Assembly: GCA_965215885.1 (NCBI GenBank)
Contig: CBDCEW010000030.1
Location: 1-45,830 of the forward strand
Length of the DNA stretch: 45,830 bases
Direction of reading: 5' to 3'
From: Candidatus Moanibacter sp.
GTDB taxonomy: Bacteria > Verrucomicrobiota > Verrucomicrobiia > Opitutales > UBA2987
Below, in pieces: positions 28,746 through 38,118 of the stretch. The position numbers and the translations under genes are program-made. How positions within the stretch are numbered: the stretch's first letter is position 1; every line of letters begins with the position of its first letter. The notes under the pieces were generated by a model. It was not told where the DNA came from. It ran no database searches and was given only the letters and a program-made list of their open reading frames with translations.

Positions 28746-29570
28746 ATGAAAATTGTCATGTTTACGAAAATGCTTCAGGAGAAAAGTATCACCGATCTGG
28801 TGGAACTGGGGCATGAATTCGGGCTGGAAGGATGGGATCTGTGCGTGAGGCCGGGATACCCGGTGAGTCCTGAGAATGCAGGCAAGGAACTTTTGGGGGC
28901 AGTACGCACTTTTGAAGAAAACGGCCTTTCGATTCCTATGGTCACGGGGGCGTTTGACCTCCTCTTACCGAGTCATCCTTCGGCTGAGCCGACGCTTGCG
29001 GCAATGGATACAGCCAATGTGCGGTTGATTAAGCTGGGCTATTTCAAGATTGATCCGACTGTGCAGGACTATTGGGCGGAAGTGAGTCGGGTTCGAAACG
29101 CGTTGGAGGAGTGGCAGAAGCTGGCGGAGAAATACAATGTGCGAATTTGCTACCACACTCACTCCCATCGATGTATGGGACTGAATGCTTCCATGATGGC
29201 CCATTTGCTACGGGATTTTGATCCCCAATATTTCGGTGCCTATCTTGATCCGGGCCACATGGTGGTAGAGGGTGAGGAATTTGCGTTGGGCTTGGCGATC
29301 ATGGCGGATTATCTGCGAATAGTCGGGTTGAAGGATGTGCTGAAGACGCGAGTGGAAAGGAATGGCCACGGTGCGGTGCAAATATCGTGGGTTGAAGCGG
29401 GTAAAGGGATGGTGGATTGGACGACGGTGTTTTCGGATTTGAAACGGGTTGGTTTCGACGGTCCGATGTCTGTACACTGCGAATTTGAGCACTCGGAAGA
29501 GGGGCCCGTTGCAGGAGCAAAACGGGAAGTGGCATTTTTTAAGCGGGTGCGGGATGCGAGCTGTTTCTGA
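28746..29570 (+). CDS. Sugar phosphate isomerase/epimerase (TIM barrel)
   Basis: GWDLCVRPG, YHTHS, YLDPGH, VGLKD, GKGMVDW..F..L..VGFDGPMSVHCE; GGAGG RBS. Confidence 0.88.
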   Translation: MKIVMFTKMLQEKSITDLVELGHEFGLEGWDLCVRPGYPVSPENAGKELLGAVRTFEENGLSIPMVTGAFDLLLPSHPSAEPTLAAMDTANVRLIKLGYFKIDPTVQDYWAEVSRVRNALEEWQKLAEKYNVRICYHTHSHRCMGLNASMMAHLLRDFDPQYFGAYLDPGHMVVEGEEFALGLAIMADYLRIVGLKDVLKTRVERNGHGAVQISWVEAGKGMVDWTTVFSDLKRVGFDGPMSVHCEFEHSEEGPVAGAKREVAFFKRVRDASCF

Positions 29571-30154
29571 ATCCTTGTCATTATCCGGGGCAGTTTATTG
29601 AGCTGAGATTTCATTACCCAGACCTGGGGCGCCAGTCCTCCCACATCGAGGTGCAGTCGATAGGTTAGAAGCGTTTTGGCACCACCTTTGCCGTCTTGCA
29701 CCACCTCGAAAAGCCAGGAGCCCTCGATGTGCCGGAAGTCGCCGCTGACCCGCTCGAAATCAACCCGCGCCGGGTAAAGGCCTTCGTGGCGGACAACGTA
29801 AGAAGCCGTTGTCCAGAAAGCCGATCTGACCGTCTGAGCGATGACGGTGATATTCCCTTCGCGAGATAATATCTTTGCTGTGATGACGCTTTCAATCACC
29901 TTTGGAATCGCTTCCTTGTCGTCAATCAACGCCCAAACCTGATCCAGGGGCGCATCCAGCAGAATCGCGGCATCGACAAACTGCCTGGTTTGGCCCGAAG
30001 CGCCCGAAGAGAGCCGGTAGGTCCATACCACAATTCCGCTCGCCTTCAAGCGCATTTGATCGGCTCCACTGAAATCGGCAAAATTTCTGGAATGCGCCAG
30101 GCCGGCGCTTGCCATTATTGAAGCGGTAAAGATAGAGAGAGTTGAGAGCTTCAT
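29309..30154 (-). CDS. Secreted SRPBCC/START (polyketide cyclase-like) domain protein with read-through tail
   Basis: Signal peptide MKLSTLSIF..AHS; LDAPLDQVWALIDD, FERVSGDFRHIEGSWLFE, TLLTYRL. The domain ends near 29560 but the frame continues antisense into the neighbouring gene. Confidence 0.7.
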   Translation of the reverse strand: MKLSTLSIFTASIMASAGLAHSRNFADFSGADQMRLKASGIVVWTYRLSSGASGQTRQFVDAAILLDAPLDQVWALIDDKEAIPKVIESVITAKILSREGNITVIAQTVRSAFWTTASYVVRHEGLYPARVDFERVSGDFRHIEGSWLFEVVQDGKGGAKTLLTYRLHLDVGGLAPQVWVMKSQLNKLPRIMTRIQKQLASRTRLKNATSRFAPATGPSSECSNSQCTDIGPSKPTRFKSENTVVQSTIPLPASTHDICTAPWPFLSTRVFSTSFNPTIRR

Positions 30155-30404
30155 GGAGGCGTGTAGGGAGTCCTGTCGGAATGAGGCATGAAAGGCAAGC
30201 ACAGGGTATTTTTACAGAAAGAGCGGGGAGATCGGAAAGTGTGAAGGGGAACTGTTTTCCGATCCCGACGAGCCGGGAGGATTCAGGTTTGGAGAGGCGT
30301 ATCGGGCACGAGTGTCGTTCTCTTTGTCGTAAACTTTGACGATCAGTCGAGCCTCCGACCTCCGACTACTCGAATTCATGTATCGCAGAAGCTGAGGAGA
30401 GAAC

Positions 30405-30432
30405 TTGACCAAATCACCTGACCTGGTATGTT
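30405..30432 (+). promoter_or_regulatory. Putative sigma70 promoter of TA pair 2
   Basis: TTGACC, 16 nt, TATGTT with a TG extension. The predicted start site falls near the in-frame GTG at 30439 (possibly leaderless). Two TGACC repeats may be the operator. Confidence 0.4.
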
Positions 30433-30672
30433 ATGGGCGTGAAGACAATGATAATCTCAGAGTTCAAAGCGAAATGCATCGCTGTTTTAAAAGAAGCGCA
30501 GCGGACCCGCGAGCCAGTACTGGTGACACGTCGCGGGCATCCCCTGGCACGCATCGAACCGGTGTATGATAATCCGCCGCCGCGCAAATTCGGCGCCTTG
30601 AAGGGGCGTATGCGGATTAGGGGCGATATCGTCCACAGCGACTTCGATACAGACTGGGAGCCCTTGGAGTGA
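30433..30672 (+). CDS. Phd/YefM family antitoxin
   Basis: KTMIISEFKAKCIAVLKEAQRTREPVLVTRRGHPLARIEP. Confidence 0.9.
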   Translation: MGVKTMIISEFKAKCIAVLKEAQRTREPVLVTRRGHPLARIEPVYDNPPPRKFGALKGRMRIRGDIVHSDFDTDWEPLE

Positions 30673-31070
30673 GCCTGTTGCTGGACACTCACGTCTGGAT
30701 CTGGTCGCAGGAGGAGCCCGAGCGGATAGGCGCGCGGGCACGGAGACGAATGGAAAAGGCGGAAGAGCGCTTATACGTTGCGACAATATCGTCACTTGAG
30801 ATTGCCCGGTTAATTCACCTTCGATTGCTTGAGCTTGACGGGGCGCTCGACCGGTGGATCAAGGACTCGTTGGAAGCACTTCAGTGCAGCGTTCTCGAGA
30901 TGTCGAACGAAGTGGCGATCGGGGCCTATCGGTTACCTGGGAGTTTTCACAAGGATCCGGCTGATCGCATACTCGTTGCCACCTCGCGCGAACATGGCTT
31001 GACGCTGGCGACTGCGGATGAACGGATCCTGCGTTATCGCTCCGCGAGGACCCTTGATGTTCGACGGTGA
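30669..31070 (+). CDS. vapC: VapC-family PIN-domain toxin
   Basis: LLLDTHVWIW, ISSLEIA, FHKDPADRILVA, LATAD; GTGA overlap with the antitoxin stop. Confidence 0.9.
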   Translation: MSLLLDTHVWIWSQEEPERIGARARRRMEKAEERLYVATISSLEIARLIHLRLLELDGALDRWIKDSLEALQCSVLEMSNEVAIGAYRLPGSFHKDPADRILVATSREHGLTLATADERILRYRSARTLDVRR

Positions 31071-31179
31071 TGGGGGCTAACGTCCATGAGAGGATGAACT
31101 TTCGAGATATAATTCTGCACCTAGACGACAAGGTTCGCGACGAGGTTACCCAAAGGGTATAGGAGTTACCTTCTAATCT

Positions 31180-31402
31180 GATCACGATTATGAATCACGA
31201 TAAGAGATCTCACAGTTCCCCGGTCTTCCATCGTGACTCTCAATCGTGATCTCCCGTCGATCTTTCTTCCTTTCGACTTTGGATCACGATTATGAATCAC
31301 GACAAAAGATCTAACAGTTCTCCGCTCTCCCATCGTGGCTCTCAATCGTAATCTATCGTCGATTTTCACTTCTCGATTTTAGATTACGATTATGATCACG
31401 AC
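31180..31402. repeat. Tandem ~101-bp repeat (2.2 units) rich in ACGATT hexamers; inverted partial copy at 28428-28496
   Basis: GATCACGATTATGAATCACGA starts at 31180 and 31282, with a degenerate third start at 31382. Each unit also contains the complementary ATCGTG.CTCTCAATCGT.ATC arm. Confidence 0.75.
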
Positions 31403-31564
31403 GGAAAGAGCGAAACGAATCCGTTGGTGAATCCCTCTTCATTAAATCCGCGGTTTTCTTTAATCCGTGATCAATTCTTCCTCATTCGTTCCGGCTTGCC
31501 GGGATTCGCGTTTATTCGCGGTTCTCTACTTCTTCCCGCTCAGCGGGATTACGGCTTCGTTGCG

Positions 31565-32095
31565 CTAAGGTGTCTGTGGAGGGTTCGTACCCATTGAGGC
31601 ATTAATTGGTTTAAGGATGGGCAACTGTTCCCATGTGAAGAAAGGGGTTATTCGGCGCTTGAACCGGCCCAGATCGTCATAGTACATGACATCAAACACG
31701 TCTTCATCCCGGTTAAAATGCTGATTAGCCCTGTGCAGCATGGCATAAGAGGGAATGATTCCGATATTGTCCTGCGCCAAAAGCCGTTTGCGCGCCGACT
31801 CGATTAGCGGTTCCCATACCGCAGTCAGTTGACTGGCGTCTTCCAAAGAGTAAGAGGAAGTTCCCATTGAGCTCAGTGCTCGCACGTCCTTTTTCGGTTC
31901 TACCTCCAGACTGCCGCCATCGCCGGTGACATGAGTGATGTAGAAGGTGTGCTTATACTTGTTGATATGCAGGTGATGCCATTTCCCCTCCTTGTCCGGA
32001 AACAGGATATTCCAGACGCGGTCCACGAAGGACAACCCGTAGGAGAAATCACTCAATTCCCTTACGAAAGCGAAGGTTGCGGCTGCGAGATTCAT
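31565..32095 (-). CDS. Hypothetical protein, possibly a fragment
   Basis: 176-aa ORF with protein-like composition; no recognised motif. Confidence 0.45.
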   Translation of the reverse strand: MNLAAATFAFVRELSDFSYGLSFVDRVWNILFPDKEGKWHHLHINKYKHTFYITHVTGDGGSLEVEPKKDVRALSSMGTSSYSLEDASQLTAVWEPLIESARKRLLAQDNIGIIPSYAMLHRANQHFNRDEDVFDVMYYDDLGRFKRRITPFFTWEQLPILKPINASMGTNPPQTP

Positions 32096-32111
32096 TTTGT
32101 CGTGATAGTGT

Positions 32112-32846
32112 TCACGGAAACTTGTCAGAAAAGCGGGCTAAACAGTTACGTGTCCAGTCTGTCGTCGCGTTTCTTTTTTCCACATTATCCATGATTCCGG
32201 GAGCCGCGTGGACAATACACTCGAAGACTTTGTGTGCAATCAGCATATTACCGACCTTGTTAGCATGAACTGTATCCTGATGAATCAATGCGTCTCTCTT
32301 ACCTTCCGCGCTCCAAACATCTGCATAGGCACAACGCTTCTTACCTGCCAACTTTTGAAGCATTCTATTGTACTCGATTGTCTTTGCCACACTTCCTTTT
32401 TCGAATGGGGGATAATATTGATAGGATGACATGTGGTATACGTTGGCAATCACGAGCAATTGCTCGTTTGATCTTTGAATACGGTCGATAATCTCTGCCA
32501 TCTCGGTTTCAAAATCTGAAACACTCATCCCGGCACGCATGTCATTCAGCCCGTAGGCGATCACCACCAGATCCGGTTTTCGGGAGATCAATTCGTCTTC
32601 CAGCCGTTCCGATGCACTCGGCTTTCTGGAAGCTTCGTATCCAGGGCTGACTGGCGAGATAACACTGGCTCCAACCCCTGCGTTGTGGTAAGAGATATTC
32701 TCCTCCTGAGCGTTTTCCAGCAGCTTCCAAAAGATGTCAGCCCAGCGCTCCTCCGGACCCGACAGCCAGCCCCCTCCTTCCACCGTGCTTTCCTCAAGTA
32801 CCACCAGAGATTTGAATGGGCCTCGCAGTAGATTTTTGTAGCTCAT
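32112..32846 (-). CDS. SGNH/GDSL hydrolase family protein
   Basis: Block I LVVLEEST (G replaced by E), NAGVGAS, YGLND, DTVHAN. Confidence 0.85.
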   Translation of the reverse strand: MSYKNLLRGPFKSLVVLEESTVEGGGWLSGPEERWADIFWKLLENAQEENISYHNAGVGASVISPVSPGYEASRKPSASERLEDELISRKPDLVVIAYGLNDMRAGMSVSDFETEMAEIIDRIQRSNEQLLVIANVYHMSSYQYYPPFEKGSVAKTIEYNRMLQKLAGKKRCAYADVWSAEGKRDALIHQDTVHANKVGNMLIAHKVFECIVHAAPGIMDNVEKRNATTDWTRNCLARFSDKFP

Positions 32847-33402
32847 GTTTTTCTTCTCCGATAGCAGAGCGCTCCTCTGTTTCGTTGCGAACGTCTAGAG
32901 AAATCCGCTGCTGTCCTTTTCCCGGCCTGCCGGGATTGCGCCCAATGGTATTTTTAGCGTGTTTGGCGTGTTTCGCGGGCCAAATCTCAGGTTTACGTTT
33001 GTTTCCGCGTACTCTTCGGCAGAGGATTCGTCCGTACTATATCTCTAGCATATTTGGGTTTTTCTGCCCGCTAAATATCCCGGCAAGCCGGGACGAAATT
33101 TCTGTGCGGTTACGCCGCGTTGGGTTCTCCTGCTCAAATCTTCGGCAAAGGGCTTTGCCAATTGCATAACTAACTTGATGTGCGGCACGTCGCATTAGCC
33201 GGGTGGTAAGGAGTCCGCCGGCTTCGCCTAACTGATTTTTGATCATAGATATAACCATCCGGAAGTCAAAATCGCCGATCCTGATCATCCAACTTTCCGA
33301 TCTTTTTGTGAAAAAAAGTGGGTCTCGAAATTGTGTCCTGCACGGCCGCGGCTAGCCTGGAAATTCTGTGAGATTTCCAGGCTATAGGGAGACCGGACTT
33401 AT

Positions 33403-34701
33403 TCAATCGAACTGCTGCTTTTGCTGGCGGCCGGCCTTGCCTTTGCCCCGGATGAAGTCCTTCCTCTGCCACAACCGGACGATCCTGTTGATGGCGTGAT
33501 CTTCGCCGAGAGTCTTCCGCAATTTCGAAGTGGTAAACCATTCCCCTCGATCGTGGTTCTCCATCGACGATCTAAGGTTCCGGTCTGAATCCCGGTATCC
33601 GTAAACCCGGCAAACGCCGCCGTCTGATTGAAGATCTTCAATGTAAGACATCCACGGAATTACATTCCCATTGAGCTGTTGCTCAACCATCGATTGCAGG
33701 GCGCCAATGCGGGAACCGATATCCCAGCCGACCTTCTCCTCTTCATCTTGAGAGGCACCACCGGGTAGTTCCCAAGTGCCGTCGTCTGCGGAGCGTTTCA
33801 GGAGGAACGACGGTTCCGCTCCGGAGGGATCTTCAATCAGCAGCCTGGCGGAGGAAATCGGACCATTAAAGTGAATCGGAATCAGTCGCTTGCCTGCATC
33901 ACTCATGGAATCATATGAGGCATTACTGTAGGGATAATAACCGGCGGCCGGGGGGGCGTTGACGGCGCAATATTTGAGGAAAAACCCGCAGCGATCCTCT
34001 GTGGCGGTTCCCGGCGGCGGCAAGTGCCAGGTGCGTCCGTCCATCAGCAGCAGGTCCCCGGCCTTAAGCTTCGGGTCGACGAAGGCAGGGAGTTTATCCC
34101 GATCCGGCGCCGTCAGATCGCGGATCGGGGCCTGAGGATCGATGAGCCTGGGCAGCTTGTGGGATCCCGGCGAAACCAGGAGCGGGCCGAAGATCTCGTC
34201 AAAGTCGTTGAGTGGTATGATTGCGAAGAGCCAGTTCATGGATGAGCCGACCGGGCGCCAGCGCTTGTAATCGAAATGGGCGCCCCCTCCGCGATTACCG
34301 GGAGTGCGCACATAGGCGACGTAGGCAGTCAGATAGGCGCGCTCCCCGAGGAGGCATTCGACCGAGTTCACGACCGTGGGATGCTCAGCGATCGAGGCCA
34401 GACCGGGCTTTGCCATCGTGTTGCCGGCCACAGTATATTTCGCAGGTTCGGGGTATTCACGGTTCATCTCGTGGCTGTCTGTTTTCACGTAGACACGAAC
34501 GAGGCGGCGATACTCCTCGGTTTCTTTCGGGTGTAGTACACCCCGGATAATATGGTAGCCGTTTTCGCGATAGTCCGCGATTTCCCGGGCGCTGATTCCG
34601 TTCTGTGGGATTTCGATTGGATCCGGGGCGGGTGGGTGAATTTGTTGCTTAACACTCACGGTTTCTTCTTTCAGACGAATCGATTCCTGCCAGAATGGCA
34701 A
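33403..34701 (-). CDS. Phytanoyl-CoA dioxygenase (PhyH) family protein with C-terminal NUDIX-like domain
   Basis: YRENGYHII, AHFDY (HxD), GPLLVSPGSHK, AGDLLLMDGRTWH, then FLLKRSADDGTWELPGG. Start may be the downstream GTG (VKQQIH). Confidence 0.85.
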   Translation of the reverse strand: MPFWQESIRLKEETVSVKQQIHPPAPDPIEIPQNGISAREIADYRENGYHIIRGVLHPKETEEYRRLVRVYVKTDSHEMNREYPEPAKYTVAGNTMAKPGLASIAEHPTVVNSVECLLGERAYLTAYVAYVRTPGNRGGGAHFDYKRWRPVGSSMNWLFAIIPLNDFDEIFGPLLVSPGSHKLPRLIDPQAPIRDLTAPDRDKLPAFVDPKLKAGDLLLMDGRTWHLPPPGTATEDRCGFFLKYCAVNAPPAAGYYPYSNASYDSMSDAGKRLIPIHFNGPISSARLLIEDPSGAEPSFLLKRSADDGTWELPGGASQDEEEKVGWDIGSRIGALQSMVEQQLNGNVIPWMSYIEDLQSDGGVCRVYGYRDSDRNLRSSMENHDRGEWFTTSKLRKTLGEDHAINRIVRLWQRKDFIRGKGKAGRQQKQQFD

Positions 34702-34856
34702 TAGGTTAGGCCGGCATGAGAGGCTCTTTTCTGGCGAGTCAATCCCGGATTGCCGGAGAATCGCCTTCTAACGCTCGTATCTTTGAAGGTTGCACCGGCC
34801 GAAGATTGTGAGATAAGCGGACTGACCAATATTTCTGAACATCCAGGAAAGAAAAG

Positions 34857-36251
34857 ATGGATCGACCGAAAAACATCCTCTTTATCATTGCGGACGACTG
34901 GAGCCCGATTGCCGGGGTCTACGGAAACGGGATCATTCGGACGCCGCATATCGACGCGCTGGGCCGGGCCGGAACCGTTTTCGACCACGCCTATTGCACG
35001 ACGCCCTCCTGCGCCGCCAGCCGTGCCAACATCCTCCCCGGGCACTACAGCCACACGCACGGCCAATTCGGACATTGCCACGGGATTCACGGCTTTACCA
35101 CTCATGCCTGGATACCGACTCTACCGGGAATTCTCCGGTCGCATGAGGTTTACTCGGGGCTGCTTGGCAAAGATCATGTGGCGCCCCATTCGATCTATCC
35201 ATTTGACGTTCTGGACAGCATGAACACGCGCGACATTGCGCCCTTGGCGCGACGTGCTGAGGCGTTCTTCGCGGCCGCCGGGGAACGACCGTTTTACCTC
35301 CATATCGGCAGCACGTTTCCGCATCGAGCCGGGCGCGGGTTCGGGAACGAGTACGTGGGAGATGGAATCGAGCCGGTAGGTTACGAACCGGATATGGTCC
35401 AAGTCCCGGCTTGGCTGCCGGACATGCCCGAAGTGCGCGAGGACATCGCAGACTACTATGAAGCCGTCTCGCGCTACGACCAGACAGTGGGAGCGGTCGT
35501 CGCTGCCCTGGAGGAGAGTGGAAGGCGCGATGAGACCCTCATAATCGTGACGACTGACCACGGAATGCCCTTTCCCGGAGCCAAGGCCTCCAGCTTTGAC
35601 AGCGGGCATCGCTGCCCTCTCGTCGTCTGGAACCCAAACCAGGCCAGGCGCGGCATTCAGTCGCAGGCCATGGTCAACTGGTCGGATTTTCTTCCCACTT
35701 TTCTAGATCTCTTCGGGATCGATTACCCGTCGGACGCGGTGGTTCCGCTGCCGGGGAGGTCGTGGCTCGATCTTCTCGAGGATGATTCAGCGGAACCGAT
35801 GGGAGGGACCTGGTCGGAGACGTTCACGGCTCACAATTTCCACGAAGTAACCAACTACTACCCGTACCGGGTTCTTCGGCAACGGCGCTGGAAATACGTG
35901 CTGAACTTGGCCAGTCGGATACAGACTCCGTTGCCGAGCGATCTCTTCCGGTCCAAAACTTGGACGACGGTACGGGAGCAGGGCATCAACAGGCTCGGCC
36001 ATCGCCCGCGAAGCCATTTTGAGTTTCAACCGGCTGAGGCGCTCTACGACATGGAGAGCGATCCGGTGGAGGCGGTAAACCGATTCGAAGACCCGGAGCT
36101 GTCCGCTCTCGTGGCGGAATGCCGGAAGAAGCTGCTCGCCTTTCGCAAGGCTACCCGAGATCCTTGGCTGGAGCAGGATTTTCAGGAGGGTCGCATGGGG
36201 CGATACAGCCCGGGTGATGCGAACACCGGTCCCGGTCGCTCAGGGCCGTAA
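34857..36251 (+). CDS. Sulfatase (N-sulfoglucosamine sulfohydrolase-like)
   Basis: NILFIIADD, CAASRA (formylglycine motif variant), GKDHV, TTDHGMPFPGAK, HNFHEVTNYYPYR. Confidence 0.92.
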   Translation: MDRPKNILFIIADDWSPIAGVYGNGIIRTPHIDALGRAGTVFDHAYCTTPSCAASRANILPGHYSHTHGQFGHCHGIHGFTTHAWIPTLPGILRSHEVYSGLLGKDHVAPHSIYPFDVLDSMNTRDIAPLARRAEAFFAAAGERPFYLHIGSTFPHRAGRGFGNEYVGDGIEPVGYEPDMVQVPAWLPDMPEVREDIADYYEAVSRYDQTVGAVVAALEESGRRDETLIIVTTDHGMPFPGAKASSFDSGHRCPLVVWNPNQARRGIQSQAMVNWSDFLPTFLDLFGIDYPSDAVVPLPGRSWLDLLEDDSAEPMGGTWSETFTAHNFHEVTNYYPYRVLRQRRWKYVLNLASRIQTPLPSDLFRSKTWTTVREQGINRLGHRPRSHFEFQPAEALYDMESDPVEAVNRFEDPELSALVAECRKKLLAFRKATRDPWLEQDFQEGRMGRYSPGDANTGPGRSGP

Positions 36252-36325
36252 TCTTCCCGAGTCCAGGACGTTTCATTTTCTATTTCGCATAATCGGCGAG
36301 CCCATTACATCCCTAAATTGCTGCA

Positions 36326-37930
36326 ATGTCCCGGCCGAATATCCTCCTGATCCTCAACGACGACATGGGCTACTCGGACATCGGCTGCTACGGTGGGGAA
36401 GTCCTGACGCCCAACCTGGATCGTCTGGCGGCAAACGGTCTCCGGTTCACCCAGTTTTACAATACAGCGCGCTGCTGCCCGACGCGGGCTTCGCTTCTCA
36501 CTGGGTTGCATCCGCACCAGGCCGGCGTTGGCCACATGATTCAAGACTTGGATTTCGACGGGTATCGGGGCGATCTGAATTCTCGCGGTGTAACGATCGC
36601 CGAAATCCTTGGATCGGCCGGATATTCGACCTACATGAGCGGCAAGTGGCACGTTTCCCTGAACACACGGCAGGACGGTCCGAAGCACAGCTGGCCGTGT
36701 CAGCGCGGGTTTGATCGCTACTTCGGCATCATCACCGGAGGGGCGCATTATTGGAACCCCACAACACTTACCCGGGATAATACTCAGATCAATGTAGACG
36801 AGTTTCCGCAGGATTTCTTTCTCACCGATTCGATCAGCAACCAGGCTGTCGAGTACATCGAGACCCATGCCGTGAGCGAAGCGGATCGTCCATTCTTTCT
36901 CTATACTGCCTACACTGCGCCGCACTGGCCGCTGCATGCGCATGAAGAGGATATCGCCAGATATCGGGGGCGTTTTGCGGCCGGTTGGGATCGTCTGCGG
37001 GAGGAGCGAATCGAGCGAATGCGGGAAATGGGGATCATAAAGGACTCATGGGACCTGAGCCCTCGCGATGCCTCGCAGGTTCCCTGGGAAGAGGCGGAGG
37101 ACAAGGTCTGGCAACAGCGTCGCATGGAGGTTTACGCGGCCCAGATTGACCGTATGGACCAGGGGATTGGACGTATCATCGAGGCCCTGGAAAGAAGTGG
37201 TCAATTGGACAGCACTCTGATCCTGTTTTTAGCGGATAACGGCGGATGCGCCGAAGAACTGGGTAGCCGGCCGAAGGACGCCGTAGGTGGCGGAGTATTT
37301 ACCAGGGATGGTCGCCCGGTCGCGCGGAACAACGACCCCGCAGTCATGCCCGGGACGGAAGACACGTATCAGAGCTACGGAATCCCTTGGGCAAACTTGT
37401 CCAACACCCCGTTCCGTCGCTACAAGCATTGGGTACACGAAGGAGGAATTTCGACGCCTTTAATCGCCCACTGGCCCGAACAGATCCGGAATCGCGGAGT
37501 TCTTCGCCACCAGCCCGGACAATTGACGGATATTATAGCCACCTGTATTGAGGTGGCGGGTGCAACCTATCCGGAAACTTACAAGGGGAACGACATTCTG
37601 CCACTGGAAGGGACAAGCCTCGTTCCGATCTTTAGAAATGAGGACAATGGCAAGGAATTTCTCGTCTGGGAGCATGAGGGAAACGCGGCCGTACGAAAGG
37701 GCCGGTGGAAACTCGTTTGTCGATACCCGCACCCGTGGGAACTGTACGATATCGAGGCCGACAGGACCGAACTACATGACCTTGCGGTCGCCCATCCAGA
37801 GGTAGTCTCCGAACTGGATGGGATTTACCGGGCCTGGGAGGACCGATGTGACGTCCAACCCTGGGATGCGGTCCTAGGTCAGCGAGGGGAGGGGCGCGGT
37901 CCTTCTGAGGTGCCGCCGGAGGAATATTGA
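36326..37930 (+). CDS. Arylsulfatase
   Basis: NILLILNDDMGYSD, CCPTRASLLTG, SGKWH, APHWPLHA, ADNG, HEGGISTP. Confidence 0.95.
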   Translation: MSRPNILLILNDDMGYSDIGCYGGEVLTPNLDRLAANGLRFTQFYNTARCCPTRASLLTGLHPHQAGVGHMIQDLDFDGYRGDLNSRGVTIAEILGSAGYSTYMSGKWHVSLNTRQDGPKHSWPCQRGFDRYFGIITGGAHYWNPTTLTRDNTQINVDEFPQDFFLTDSISNQAVEYIETHAVSEADRPFFLYTAYTAPHWPLHAHEEDIARYRGRFAAGWDRLREERIERMREMGIIKDSWDLSPRDASQVPWEEAEDKVWQQRRMEVYAAQIDRMDQGIGRIIEALERSGQLDSTLILFLADNGGCAEELGSRPKDAVGGGVFTRDGRPVARNNDPAVMPGTEDTYQSYGIPWANLSNTPFRRYKHWVHEGGISTPLIAHWPEQIRNRGVLRHQPGQLTDIIATCIEVAGATYPETYKGNDILPLEGTSLVPIFRNEDNGKEFLVWEHEGNAAVRKGRWKLVCRYPHPWELYDIEADRTELHDLAVAHPEVVSELDGIYRAWEDRCDVQPWDAVLGQRGEGRGPSEVPPEEY

Positions 37931-38118
37931 TTTTGTGGCTTGTTAAATTGGCTTTTTCGGAATGATGTCGCCGAGAATTGTGGCCTGTCGATCGGGAAAT
38001 TAAACGAGACTATGTATTGATGTAATCTCGATCTTATTTTGCCCTTGCTTATTCATTCTCCGCACGGCTTTGTTTCTCTCACAAGATTCAAATTTCTCTT
38101 CCCACGGTCTCCGTCGCG

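Noticed and set aside
31180..31402. Spaced repeats as a CRISPR array
   Set aside because: The intervening sequences are themselves homologous, so this is a tandem repeat.
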